NCBI GenBank assembly: GCA_021296415.1
Contig: JAGWAL010000001.1
Location: 16,720-80,719, forward strand
Direction of reading: 5' to 3'
Source: Acidimicrobiia bacterium
GTDB lineage: Bacteria > Actinomycetota > Acidimicrobiia > Acidimicrobiales > CATQHL01
DNA: 64,000 bases
Notes under the pieces: model-generated
Told to the model about the DNA's origin: nothing
The model's input: only the letters and a program-made list of their open reading frames with translations
Database searches by the model: none
Shown: one piece after another, positions 1-10,300 of the stretch
Position numbering within the stretch: the stretch's first letter is position 1
How the letters are laid out: each line of letters begins with the position of its first letter
Position numbers and translations under genes: made by a program

Positions 1-62
1 CACGTCCGCCTGCACGGTGGGACGGTCCGCGTGACCGAGAGGGGTGACGGCATGCAGGGTGC

Positions 63-710
63 GTGTTTCGTCGTCACGCTGCCGCTGGACGGCCGGTGAA
101 TCCCGACCGCACACGGCGGCCCGCGCCACCGGCACGCCGAGCGGCGCTGGGACTCCTGGGCGCGCTCGCGCTCACAGCCGGGGCGTGCGGGGTCCCGCAG
201 GATCCGGCACCCCGCGTGCTGGACGCCTCGGAACTGCCGGAGGAGTTGGCCGTACCGTCAACCACCACGACCTCCACCCAGCCTCCGGTGCCACGCCAAG
301 CCGTCAACCTCTACTTCGTGGACGGCGAGGCTCTCGGGGTGCCGGTCGAACGCGATCTGGCCACCCCCGCAGGGCCGATCGCGGCCCTCGAGGCTCTCAT
401 AGCCGGACCGACGGCCGAAGAGGCCTCCGCCGGTCTCACGTCGGTGATTCCGGTCGAGATGGTCATTCGCACGAGCGATCTAACCGACGGCGTGCTGCGC
501 GTCGACCTGGCGGCGGGGGCACTCGAGCAGATCGAGGGCGAGCTGCAGCGCCTGGCGATCGCGCAACTGGTCTACACCGCGACCGAACTGGCCGGCGTGG
601 AATGGCTCTGGGTGCTCATCGAGGGCGAGCCGCGTGCCCTGCCCACCGACGAGGGCGACGTGGAAGCACCCGTGGGCCGGGTCCACTACGCCTCCCTGGG
701 GCCCGCGTAG
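63..710 (+). CDS. Secreted lipoprotein, GerMN-like domain
   Basis: The N-terminus has a basic region, a hydrophobic stretch and a lipobox-like LTAGAC. The remainder (VNLYFVDGE..., LAIAQLVYTATEL...) resembles GerMN/LpqB-type domains. Family assignment is by recall only. Confidence 0.55.
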   Translation: MFRRHAAAGRPVNPDRTRRPAPPARRAALGLLGALALTAGACGVPQDPAPRVLDASELPEELAVPSTTTTSTQPPVPRQAVNLYFVDGEALGVPVERDLATPAGPIAALEALIAGPTAEEASAGLTSVIPVEMVIRTSDLTDGVLRVDLAAGALEQIEGELQRLAIAQLVYTATELAGVEWLWVLIEGEPRALPTDEGDVEAPVGRVHYASLGPA

Positions 711-724
711 GCCCAGCGGCACCC

Positions 725-1756
725 CTACGAGAGGCAGGCCTGCGCCACCTGCCAGAGATCGGCGGGGATGGGTTTCAGTGCGGCCGTCGCCTCCGCCAGG
801 GGCACCAGCGCAAGGCCCCCTCCCCGCACGGCCACCATCTGCCCGAACGCGCCCTCGTGGGTGGCATCCACTGCGGCGACCCCGAAGGACGTGCACAGGA
901 CGCGATCGAAGGCGGTCGGCGTGCCGCCCCGCTGGACGTGACCCAGCACCGTCACCCGGGTCTCCAAGGCGGTCCGCGCTTCGATCTCGGATGCGACGAT
1001 GGCGCCGATGCCGCCGAGGCGCGCGTGCCCGTACTCGTCGACACCCGGCTCCGGTATCTCCAGCGTGCCCGCCATCGGCCGCGCCCCCTCCGCCACGACG
1101 ACGACCGACGAGCGAGTCCCGCCCTCGTGCAGGCGCTGCAGATCCCCGCTGACGGCGGCGATGTCGAAGGGTCTCTCCGGAACCAGGATCGCCGCGGCGC
1201 CACCGGCGATACCCGCCCACAGCGCCACGTGGCCGGCGTGGCGGCCCATCACCTCGACGACCATGACGCGGTTGTGGGATTCGGCGGTCGTGTGGAGACG
1301 ATCGATGGCGTCGGTGGCCGTCTGCACCGCCGTCTCGAAGCCGAACGTCAGCTGGGTCACACCCACGTCGTTGTCGATGGTCTTGGGCACGCCGACCAAT
1401 CGCACACCATGGTCGCGGTGCAACCTGTTGGCGACGCTCAGGGTCCCCTCGCCACCCACCACGATCAGCCCCTCGACACCGCGGCGCTGCAGCGCCTCGA
1501 CCGCCCGGCGAGGACCGTCGGCGGTCGTGTAAGGCTGAATCCTCGATGTCCCGAGGATGGTCCCGCCCCGCGACAGGATCCTCGAGGCCCGCTCGGGCGC
1601 GATCACGAACCCCTCGTCGTCGATGACGCCGCGCCAGCCGTCGCGGAACCCCACAACCTCGTCGTTCCAGCGGCGTCCGCCGTGCAGCACGACGGCACGT
1701 ATGACGGCGTTCAGCCCCGGGCAGTCCCCACCGCCGGTCAGGATGCCGAGGCGCAA
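725..1756 (-). CDS. pfkA: 6-phosphofructokinase (ATP- or PPi-dependent)
   Basis: A TTG at 1756 gives (M)RLGILTGGGDCPGLNAVIRAVV. Later motifs are VVGGEGT, PKTIDNDV and EVMGRHAGH. The upstream 95 codons of the track ORF are Arg/Ser-rich junk that overlaps the next gene. Confidence 0.88.
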   Translation of the reverse strand: MRLGILTGGGDCPGLNAVIRAVVLHGGRRWNDEVVGFRDGWRGVIDDEGFVIAPERASRILSRGGTILGTSRIQPYTTADGPRRAVEALQRRGVEGLIVVGGEGTLSVANRLHRDHGVRLVGVPKTIDNDVGVTQLTFGFETAVQTATDAIDRLHTTAESHNRVMVVEVMGRHAGHVALWAGIAGGAAAILVPERPFDIAAVSGDLQRLHEGGTRSSVVVVAEGARPMAGTLEIPEPGVDEYGHARLGGIGAIVASEIEARTALETRVTVLGHVQRGGTPTAFDRVLCTSFGVAAVDATHEGAFGQMVAVRGGGLALVPLAEATAALKPIPADLWQVAQACLS

Positions 1757-1763
1757 TGTGAAC

Positions 1764-2939
1764 TCAGGCGAGCGCGGGCATCGCCTTGCGCAGGTTTCGG
1801 ACCGCCTGGCTGATGCGCTGCTCGTTCTCGATGAGTGCGAAGCGCACGTGGCCCTCGCCGCCCGGCCCGAACCCGCGACCCGGCGAGACGGCCACCTTCG
1901 CCTCGGTGACCAGGAACGAGGCGAAGGCCACCGAGTCCATGTGGCTGTAGGCGTCCGGAATCGGCGCCCAGACGAACATCGTGCCGCGGGGCGGATCGAC
2001 GTGCCAGCCGATCCGGGCGAGGCCCTCGCAGAGGCTGTCACGACGGCTCTGGTACGCCTCGTTCACGAGCTTCGGATAGTCCGCGGCCTCGTTGAGCGTC
2101 ACCGTGGCGGCGATCTGCACCGGCTGGAAGGTGCCGTAGTCCAGATACGACTTCAGCTTCGCCAGCGCGGCCACGACATCGGCGTTGCCGAGCATGAAGG
2201 CCACCCGCCAGCCGGCCATCGAGAAGGACTTGGTGAGGGAGTAGAACTCCACGGCCACGTCGGTGGCACCGCTCGCCTGCAGGATCGAGGGCGGCCGGTA
2301 ACCGTCGAAGGCGATGTCGGCGTAGGCGAAGTCATGGACGATGAGGACGTCGTGAGCCCGGGCGAAGTCCACGACCCGCTGCATGAACTCCAGATCGACG
2401 CAGGTCGTGGTGGGGTTGTGCGGGAACGACAGGAGGATGACCCGCGGCTTGGGCCACGAGTATTCCCAGCGCTGCCGCAGAACCTCGTCGAGGTCGTCGC
2501 CGACCGACAGCGGTATCTCCCGAACCTCCGCGCCGGCGAAGAGCGGCGAGTACAGATGGATGGGATACGACGGGGCCGGGACGAGCACCGCGTCGCCGGG
2601 CTGCAGCAGGACCCACATGAGATGCGAGAGTCCCTCCTTGGCGCCGATCGTGTTGATGATCTGCGTCTCGGGGTCGAGTTCCACGCCGAACCGGCGCAGG
2701 TAGAGGTCCGAGACCGCACTCCGCAGTTTGGGGATTCCCCGACTCAGCGAGTAGCGGTGGTTGCGGGGGTTGCGGGCGGCCTCGGCCAGCTTCTCCACCG
2801 CCACGTCCGGCGACGGCAGATCCGGGTTCCCGAAGCCGAGGTCGATGATGTCCTCGCCGCGGCGTCGGCCCTCCACCTTCAGCCGGTCGATCACGGAGAA
2901 GACGTAGGGAGGGAGGTTGGTTATGCGCCGGAACTCCAC
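1764..2939 (-). CDS. PLP-dependent aminotransferase, class I/II (AlaT/AspC-like)
   Basis: A GTG at 2939 gives VEFRRITNLPPYVFSVIDRLK. Supporting motifs are GFGNPD and the PLP-lysine motif SLTKSFSMAGWRVAF. Its stop lies 8 nt before the pfk start. Confidence 0.85.
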   Translation of the reverse strand: MEFRRITNLPPYVFSVIDRLKVEGRRRGEDIIDLGFGNPDLPSPDVAVEKLAEAARNPRNHRYSLSRGIPKLRSAVSDLYLRRFGVELDPETQIINTIGAKEGLSHLMWVLLQPGDAVLVPAPSYPIHLYSPLFAGAEVREIPLSVGDDLDEVLRQRWEYSWPKPRVILLSFPHNPTTTCVDLEFMQRVVDFARAHDVLIVHDFAYADIAFDGYRPPSILQASGATDVAVEFYSLTKSFSMAGWRVAFMLGNADVVAALAKLKSYLDYGTFQPVQIAATVTLNEAADYPKLVNEAYQSRRDSLCEGLARIGWHVDPPRGTMFVWAPIPDAYSHMDSVAFASFLVTEAKVAVSPGRGFGPGGEGHVRFALIENEQRISQAVRNLRKAMPALA

Positions 2940-2949
2940 GCCACCGAGG

Positions 2950-3942
2950 CTAGCGAGCGCGCATGGCGCGGCTGTGCACTTCGGGCGTCTCGAGGAGGTC
3001 CCGAGCAAGCAGCGCCGCTCCGATGGCTCCCGCCCTGTCGCCGTATTGCGCCACCCGGAGTCCCACAGGCGTTCGTTGGCGATGCTCCAGGTAGACCTCC
3101 TCCAGGGCGTCGCGGACGGGCGCAAGCAACACCTCCCCGAGTTCGGACAGGCCCCCGCCCAGAACGACCACCTCCGGGGACAGCAGCAGGATCAGGTTGT
3201 TCAGCCCCAGGGCCACCCAGCCGGCGAACTCGCTCAGCAGTCGCCGGGCGACCGGATCGCCCGCCGCGGCCAGCTCACCCACGTGCTCGCCGCGGATGTC
3301 CGCCAGGCGCCCGCCGACCCGCTCGGCGAGCGCCGGTGCCTTCCCGGCGCGGGCGGCATCCCGGGCCGCCCTGCCCAGCGCCTCGCCGGAGGCCAGCTGC
3401 TCCCAGCAGCCCCGGCGCCCGCACAGGCATTCGGGTCCGCCGGGCGCCACGATCATGTGACCGGCCTCGCCGGCCAGGCCATCGGCGCCGCGCCGGATCT
3501 CGCCGTCCAGAGCGAGCGCCGCCCCGATACCCGTCCCGAACGTCGCCAGCAGCGCGTTGGCGACGCCGGCCGCCGCGCCGCAGGCCATCTCGGCGCGCAG
3601 AGCGGCGGTGGCGTCGTTGTCCACGGCCACCGGACGGCCCAAACGCTCGGCCAGCATCGCCCGCAGCGGGAAGTCCCGGATCGCGGGGATGTTGGGCGAG
3701 GTCGCCACGCTCCCCGAGCGGTTCACGAGTCCGGCGCACCCCACACCCACCGCGGCGACACCGTGGGAGTCTTCGTCTTCGATGGCGCCCACCATCTCGC
3801 AGATGGCGTCGACGATGCCGTCCATGCTCGGGGGTCGGATGCGGCGCCGGGTCACAGTGGCCGGCAGGGCTGCCGAGCCGATCACCTCGGCACGGATGTT
3901 GGTCCCGCCGACATCGAAGCCAGCCGCCGGCGGAGTCGTCAC
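2950..3942 (-). CDS. ROK family sugar kinase (glucokinase-like)
   Basis: A GTG at 3942 gives VTTPPAAGFDVGGTNIR. Supporting motifs are the ROK zinc motif CLCGRRGCWE, and FGTGIGAAL. Confidence 0.8.
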   Translation of the reverse strand: MTTPPAAGFDVGGTNIRAEVIGSAALPATVTRRRIRPPSMDGIVDAICEMVGAIEDEDSHGVAAVGVGCAGLVNRSGSVATSPNIPAIRDFPLRAMLAERLGRPVAVDNDATAALRAEMACGAAAGVANALLATFGTGIGAALALDGEIRRGADGLAGEAGHMIVAPGGPECLCGRRGCWEQLASGEALGRAARDAARAGKAPALAERVGGRLADIRGEHVGELAAAGDPVARRLLSEFAGWVALGLNNLILLLSPEVVVLGGGLSELGEVLLAPVRDALEEVYLEHRQRTPVGLRVAQYGDRAGAIGAALLARDLLETPEVHSRAMRAR

Positions 3943-4018
3943 CCGGCAGGCGTCCGCGCCCCGGAGGTGGCCCGGGCCGAGACCACTCGCATGTGGCGGT
4001 CGCCGTGACCTCTGAGGC

Positions 4019-4492
4019 TCAGCCGCGGCCGGGTGCCTTGCCGGCGACGACCGACTCGACGCGGCGACGGAGTTGGTCCAGAGCCGTCTGCATGATCCGG
4101 GATGCCGCACGACGCTTGACGAACCCCGGCAGCGGGACGGCCGGTTCCGCGGCGATGGAGTACGTGATGAGAGTCTTCCCCCCGTCATCGGAGGAAGGCG
4201 CCAGTTCGTACTCGCCGTCGATGTGACGGACCTGGTCACCCTTCACGAGCCGCCAGGCGACCCGCAGCGGATTCGAGCCGTAGAAGTACTTGAGGGTGTA
4301 CGTGACGCTCCGCCCCATGGCGGCGGCCCGGAACGCCACGAGCCCGCCGTGGCCGTTGTCGTCGCGCCGGAGAACCCGCGCCTCCTTGATGTCGGGAGCC
4401 CACTGCGGGTAGCGCTCGAAGTCGATGACGACGTCGAAGCAGTCAGCAGGCGAGGCGTTCACGAGTATCTGGCGCGTTGAGAACTCAATCAT
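4019..4492 (-). CDS. SRPBCC (START/polyketide cyclase-dehydrase fold) protein
   Basis: The ATG at 4492 gives MIEFSTRQILVNASPADCFDVVIDFERYPQWAP, a typical SRPBCC N-terminus. The start lies directly after the stop of the upstream membrane gene. Confidence 0.65.
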   Translation of the reverse strand: MIEFSTRQILVNASPADCFDVVIDFERYPQWAPDIKEARVLRRDDNGHGGLVAFRAAAMGRSVTYTLKYFYGSNPLRVAWRLVKGDQVRHIDGEYELAPSSDDGGKTLITYSIAAEPAVPLPGFVKRRAASRIMQTALDQLRRRVESVVAGKAPGRG

Positions 4493-4493
4493 T

Positions 4494-4937
4494 TCACTTC
4501 CGCCCCGAAGGGAGGGACCGAGGAGGGAACACCCCGAAGGACGCACCCCACAGACCGATGAGACCCAAACCGTACACGCCCGCAAGAATACCGAATGCCA
4601 GCACGCCGAAGGGGCGCAACGCGGCACCCGTCAGCCCGGCGGCGAACTGCAGGCCGGTCGTGATCCGGAACTCCGCTCGCAGCGCCGGCGAGGCGCCGGG
4701 CATCTGCAGGAACGCCGCCAGGGTCGAGATCCTCTCGCTGCGACTCCGCCGCACGGCCAGCACGTACGCCCGCCCGTAGGCCGCACAGCCGGCGGCGAAC
4801 AGAACGAGTGCGGTGACCTGTGCCGCCGGCCCCGCGCCCTCGGGCCACACCACGCCGAGCGCGGTGACCGTGCAGAACACAGTTGAGCCGGTGCGGCCGG
4901 CGATCACGAGTCGCCGGCGGCGCCGTGGCAGGTTCAA
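4494..4937 (-). CDS. Small integral membrane protein, unknown function
   Basis: The 147-aa product has about 4 hydrophobic segments. Its ATG overlaps the GT4 stop (4934-4937) and its own stop abuts the SRPBCC start. No family is recognised. Confidence 0.5.
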   Translation of the reverse strand: MNLPRRRRRLVIAGRTGSTVFCTVTALGVVWPEGAGPAAQVTALVLFAAGCAAYGRAYVLAVRRSRSERISTLAAFLQMPGASPALRAEFRITTGLQFAAGLTGAALRPFGVLAFGILAGVYGLGLIGLWGASFGVFPPRSLPSGRK

Positions 4938-6094
4938 CTCAACACGTGGCGCAGGCGCCGGGCGAGGTGGTCATAGGAGAAGCCTTCCTCGGCACGTTGG
5001 CGCGCCCGGCGGCCCAGGCGCCGACGGCGCTCGGGATCATCCAGCAGCGCGGCCAGGGTGTCGGCCACCGCCTCGACATCGTCGGGATCCTCGACCACCA
5101 GACCGCCCTCGCCGTGCTCGACGGCCTCCGCCGCTCCCCCGCTGTCACCCGCCACCTGTGCGGTGCCCGCGGCGGCCGCTTCGAGGAATACGATGCCGAA
5201 CCCTTCCTGCTCGAGCCCGAACCAGCGCTTGCGGCAAAGCATGGCGAACAGGTCCGACGCCCCGTAGAGATCGGCCAGAGCATCCTCGCCGACCCGGCCG
5301 AGGAGTCGCGCGGGTGCCCCGGTGCGCCGCACGAGCGCCTCCAGGCGCCCGGCGTCCCGCCCGGTCCCGGCAATGAGGAGGCGCAAACCCGGCCGCGCCG
5401 GGGCCAGCCGGGCCACGGCCTCGATCAGCCGGTCCATGCCCTTGCGGGGAACCAGCCGGCTGACGCTCAGCACCAGGACCTCCTCGTCGGTCACACCGAG
5501 CCGCCGGCGCACCTGCCGGCGCTGTGCGCCGTCCAGCGGCACGAAGCGCCGTGTGTCGACGCCGGGTGGGACGTAGTCGTCGGGAACCATCGCCGGGCAG
5601 AGGCGGCGCGCCTCGCCGGCGGCGTAGCCGCTGGCGGAGATCACGATCTCCGCCCCCGCCAGGGTTCGCCGCAGCAGCGCGGCAACGCCCGGCAGGCGCG
5701 CCGGCACCGTCACCTCCGCCCCGTGCAGGACGACCCCGTAGGGAACGTCGAGGCGGGGTCCCAGGGCGCCCACGGGCACGGCCGGATCGAAGACCACCAG
5801 TTCCGCGGCGGTCGACGCCAGCAACTCGCGGATCTCGGCCAGCACCTTCGGCACGGGCAGCAGGAAGGGCACCGCGCTCCGCACGATGGGGTAGTCCTCG
5901 CCGACGTCGAACGCCCCGGCCTGGGGATGGGGGCGGGTGAGCACGCAGAAGCGATCCGCCGGGAGCCGCCTCCAGAGTTCCCACAGGTAGTTCTGGATCC
6001 CGCCAACCTTCGGCGGGAAGTCGTTGGTGACCAGGAGATGCCGTCGAACCTGTGCCTCACCGGAGCCGGTGGGCCCCGCAGCCGGGCTGCTCAC
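4934..6094 (-). CDS. Glycosyltransferase family 4 (PimB-like GT-B)
   Basis: The N-terminus reads LLVTNDFPPKVGGIQNYLWEL and the C-terminal region reads EGFGIVFLEAAAAG (the E-x7-E area). The start overlaps the queG stop. Confidence 0.8.
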   Translation of the reverse strand: MSSPAAGPTGSGEAQVRRHLLVTNDFPPKVGGIQNYLWELWRRLPADRFCVLTRPHPQAGAFDVGEDYPIVRSAVPFLLPVPKVLAEIRELLASTAAELVVFDPAVPVGALGPRLDVPYGVVLHGAEVTVPARLPGVAALLRRTLAGAEIVISASGYAAGEARRLCPAMVPDDYVPPGVDTRRFVPLDGAQRRQVRRRLGVTDEEVLVLSVSRLVPRKGMDRLIEAVARLAPARPGLRLLIAGTGRDAGRLEALVRRTGAPARLLGRVGEDALADLYGASDLFAMLCRKRWFGLEQEGFGIVFLEAAAAGTAQVAGDSGGAAEAVEHGEGGLVVEDPDDVEAVADTLAALLDDPERRRRLGRRARQRAEEGFSYDHLARRLRHVLS

Positions 6095-7299
6095 TGCTCC
6101 GGCCCTGCGGTACCGACGGCGTCGCCAGGTTCGTCGGGGAGGCCGTCCCGCCGTTCATGCCGGCCGAGGCCGGAATCCACGTCGAGCCCCAGGCGCTGCG
6201 CCGCCCAGGCGGCGTGGCGCGCCAGCATCGCATCGGAATGCTGCTGGTAGCAGCGCACCGTGTCGATGACCGTCGGGTCCGATCCGTCGGCGACGTTGCC
6301 CAGCACGATCAGCGCGTTGCGACGCAGGTAGCGCGGATCGCGCGCCGGGACGTACCAGCGGCCGTGGCGCGCCATCAACTCGTCGTCACCGGCCGCCAGC
6401 AGGTCGAGGACGTCGACGGACGCCTGCTCCCCGGGCCGTGCCGCTTCGCCGGCGCCCCGGTTGGGCGGGCACACCTCCTGGCAGTCGTCGCAGCCGTAGA
6501 GCCGGTCGCCGAGGGCCGTGCGGTACTCCTCCGGGAAGTCGCCCCTGGCCTGCAGGAGCCACGCCAGGCAGCGGCGCGCGTCGACCACCCCGGGGGCGAC
6601 GATGGCAGCCGTCGGGCAGCCGTCCAGGCAGCGCCGGCACGGTCCGCACCCGTCGGGCACGCGCTCGGCGGCGGGCCGGAGCGGTGCGTCGGTCACCACC
6701 GAACCCAGCACGAACCAACTCCCCGCCCCAGCCAGCAGCAGGTTGCTGTTCTTGCCGTAGTGGCCCAGGCCGGCCCGGTAGGCGGCCTCGCGGTCCACGA
6801 GCGCGTTGTCATCGGCGACCACGACCGCCCGGTGGCCCCGCTCGATCAGCAGCCGCGCCACGACCGCCAGGGCGCTCCGGAGTTCCCCGTAGACATCGCC
6901 GGTGGCATAGCGGGCCACACGCGCCGTCGGGCGCCCGTCGCGGCCATCCGGCGCGGCCGGCTGCGCGTAGCCGAGGGCACCCACCACCAGAGCCGCCGAG
7001 CCGGGGAGGATCCGCGCCGGATCGGTGGAGCGCTCCGGATTCCGGTAGGTGAACTGCATGCCACCGTGGAGGCCCTCCGCCTTGCGCTCGAAGAGGAAGC
7101 TCCGCGTATCCTCGAACCGCTCCACCGCGGCAACACCGACGGCGGCCAGGCCCGCCCGCCGTCCGGCCTCCAGGACATCGCGTCGCAAGAGCCCGGGCGG
7201 CATCTCCCGCGCCGGCCCGCTCCCATTCCCACGGGGCACGACTCGCACCGGGGTCGGCCGCAGCGGGCCGCCGTGTCGCTCGATGCGTCCGGCCGGCAC
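6091..7299 (-). CDS. queG: tRNA epoxyqueuosine(34) reductase
   Basis: Motifs CGPCRRCLDGCPTAAI and YGCDDCQEVCPPN are 4Fe-4S motifs, followed by a HEAT-like C-terminus. The true start may be the internal MPPGLL at about 7203. Confidence 0.85.
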   Translation of the reverse strand: MPAGRIERHGGPLRPTPVRVVPRGNGSGPAREMPPGLLRRDVLEAGRRAGLAAVGVAAVERFEDTRSFLFERKAEGLHGGMQFTYRNPERSTDPARILPGSAALVVGALGYAQPAAPDGRDGRPTARVARYATGDVYGELRSALAVVARLLIERGHRAVVVADDNALVDREAAYRAGLGHYGKNSNLLLAGAGSWFVLGSVVTDAPLRPAAERVPDGCGPCRRCLDGCPTAAIVAPGVVDARRCLAWLLQARGDFPEEYRTALGDRLYGCDDCQEVCPPNRGAGEAARPGEQASVDVLDLLAAGDDELMARHGRWYVPARDPRYLRRNALIVLGNVADGSDPTVIDTVRCYQQHSDAMLARHAAWAAQRLGLDVDSGLGRHERRDGLPDEPGDAVGTAGPEQ

Positions 7300-7342
7300 C
7301 CTCTGAGCGTAGGCGTCACCGGCACGACCACGGCCTCGACCT

Positions 7343-10300
7343 CTACTCGGAGACCCCCCGGGAGGGTGTCAGGTGCAGCCGGGCTCGACGCCGCTGCTCG
7401 TAGAGACCGAGTGCGTGGAGGGGGAAGTACTGTCGATACAGGGCGTAGTCCACCAGCGCCGTGCGGAAGAACAAGCCGGCCATGTCCTGTTTGGGCCATT
7501 GCCCATCCTCGTCCTGGGTGTCGAGCAGGAACCGGGCGCCCTGCGTGATCGCCGTCCAGTTCGAATCGTCCGCCTCGAGCAGAGCGAGCATCGCCCAGGC
7601 GGTCTGGACGACCTGGCTCTCCTCGTGCTCGACGTAGCGGCCGGCCCGGCAGCCGCTGTGGTGCTCGCCCCATCCCCCGTCGGGCCGCTGGCGATCCAGC
7701 AGCCACCGGCACGCCAGACGCAGCGCCGGATCGCCGGGACCGGCCCCGGCGGCAAGCAGGCCCCTGACCCCGAAGAAGGTGCCATAGATGAACTGAACGC
7801 CCCACGCGCCGCGCCACGACCCGTCGGTCTCCTGGGTCCGGCGAAGCCAGGCGCCGGCTTGTGAGACCGCGCTCAGCACCTCCGGATCGGCGAGTTCCGG
7901 GGCGTGTTCCCGACAGGCACTCAACGCGGCGAGACACGAGGCGGTGCACTCGACGTAGGAACGCTCGGTCATCGAGTCGCCGAACATCTCGGCCGGATTC
8001 AGCCACTCGAGGCCAACCGCGGAGCGTCGTGCCTCATAGCTGCCGAACCCGCCGTCGCGGTTCTGACCACGCAACATGAAACGAACCGCATCGCCGAGCA
8101 CCGCCGTGCTCGTGGCCTCGCGGTCGGCGGCGAGCATTCCCAGCACCGCTTCCGCCGTGCAGTCGGTCACCGGCCAGCCATGCCACTTCCCCGCCAGGCA
8201 CCAGCCGCCTCTGGGATCGGTCCGGTGAGCCTCGCCGAATCCGTCGAAGCTGGCGCCGATCTGCTCGCGGCGCACGAAGTCGGCGCCGCGTCGCAGTGCG
8301 GTGCCGACGCCGTCGAGCTCCGGCACGGTCGCCAGCGCCTGCAGGGAAAACCCGGAGTCCCACACGGCGCTTCTCGCTCCGGTGAGGCGTGTTCCGCCCG
8401 CCTCGTCCTCCCAGATCCAGCCCTCCAGGCGCGCCAGAGCCTGCCGGCAGTCGGCGTCGTCGGGGTCGCGCAGCCACAGGGCGAGGATGTTGAGGAGACC
8501 GCTGACCGGGGAGATGCTCCGATGGGTGGTGGCTTTCAGTTCCCACCTGATGTGCCGGATGATCTCCTCGGTACACCGGGCGCGCCGCCGCTTGCCACCG
8601 AACCGGTCGTACAACAGCGCGAGCCCGTAGCCTGCTCGGAGCCACACCCCGGGCCGGGCGAAGAGGTCGCCGTCCCGCAGGCGATTGCGACCCGACGAGA
8701 ACTTCACGTTGGCAAACCCCTGTGGGAACAGTTCCTCCCGTATGGAGGCCACCGCGGGCATCACGGGGGCCTGGAAACGGAGCGGCTGGATGGCCGCCAT
8801 CGCCATGTAGATGAGCCGGGTATGGCAGTACCACTTCGAAGGATGCAACGGCAACCAGCGCGGCAGGCCCCACAGTTCGGGTAGGACGGCGTTCACCCCG
8901 CGCCAGTCGTAGAGGCCAACGAGCGCCAGCCAGAATTTCCCCCAGCTCGGGATGCCGAGGACACCCTCTGCCTGCAGGAATCGCCGCGCCGGCTGGACCA
9001 ACGGGTCGTCTCGCTCGACACCGAGCAGTCTCGCCGCAACGTAGACCAGGGTCGTGACGAACAGGTGGGGTTGTGCGTGCTCGTGCAAGCCCCACAGGCC
9101 TCCTTCGAGGCGGGATTGCTCGAAGTAGCGCAGCACCCGCCGACGCCGGCCGGGATCGAGCGGACGATCGACGATGTGGTGCAGCAGCACGTACTGCGCG
9201 GTGAGCATGGGGCACCACACCATCTCGCCCTCCCAGGCACCGTCAACACCCTGGAGACTCACGAGGCGCGTGCTGGCGCTCCGCAGTGCGGGGCCGGCGT
9301 CGGGTGACGCAGCCTCCTCCGGACGGCTGAGCCGGCGGTTGCCGGCTCTCGATGGTATGGAGATCAGGAGCGCGCGGGCCAAGGTGTCCCGAACTTGCTC
9401 GTCATTCCGTCCATCGGTGTTTCGCGCCTTGCGCAACTGCCGCAACCCGCGGAGGAGCCATCCGATGCGAAACACGAGCGCACGCACGATGTCGCGGGCC
9501 CGACGCCAGGCGGTTTGGTCGCAGGATCTCGGAATCTCACCGACGATCGCCCGGGCCGCCATCGCGCTGCACGCCAGACCCAGACTGGCTATCGATGTGT
9601 CCTCACAGGCGAGCAGACGAATGGTCCGGCTGCGGACCGCGGGACTCTCCCGCCAACGCCGGTAGACCGCGTGCCTCAGCGCCACGGACTCCACCCGATG
9701 ATCCGCGAAGACCTCGTACAGCCCCATGGCGAGGAGTTCCGGCGCACGGGTCGCCTGGCAACGCCGGTTGGTGAAGTCGCGAAAGTCCCTTCCTTCGGCC
9801 AGTGCCAGCGCATCGCCGAAACCGAGGGTCATCCCCACCGCCGTCAGCGGGTGGTAGTGCCCGGCCGCATCCCCGATGAGAACCCGCCGTGGACTCCCGT
9901 ACGTGGCGCGCGGCCGCAGCGCGTTGGCCGCGGCGAGGAATCTCCGCTCCCGCAGCGCGTCGACGAACGCAGGCGCGAGCGATTCCGGCATCCAGCCCGC
10001 ATACGAGTCCGACATCACGGCAAACAGGTCCTGCGCCGAGTACCCCAAGGGGACGTCGACTATGACCCGAACGGCATCCTCCCCCAGGCGATAGATGAGA
10101 ATCGGGCCCGGTCCCCCGCAGACCACGTGCCCGTAACCCTCCAGCGGCAGGTTCACTCCATGCAGTGCGATCCCCATCATCCGCGAGCAGTTCCGGGGAC
10201 TCGTCCACAGACCCAATGATCGACGCACGATCGAGGTCCGGCCGTCCGCGCCGACGATCAGCGCGGCCTCGAGGGATTCATCGGCGCCGTTGCGGGTGAA

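Noticed and set aside
2881-3180. An apparent one-base offset between the printed sequence numbering and the ORF track. An extra c appears at the 2880/2881 line junction and a missing a at 3180/3181, which would frameshift the aminotransferase.
   Set aside because: The track translations read straight through both points, and the numbering is back in register at every other place I checked. I treat this as a display or reading artefact, not biology. Coordinates in this block follow the ORF track.
44-4226. Very long track ORFs on the plus strand (44..1813, 589 aa; 1557..4226, 889 aa) overlapping pfk, the aminotransferase and the ROK kinase
   Set aside because: Their translations are Arg/Pro/Gly/Ala runs with no motifs, and they run antisense to genes with clear family signatures. 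This is typical of stop-codon-poor high-GC DNA. The same applies to 18953..22243, 45938..48295, 54973..56886, 55809..57038, 38571..40115 and most other overlapping ORFs.
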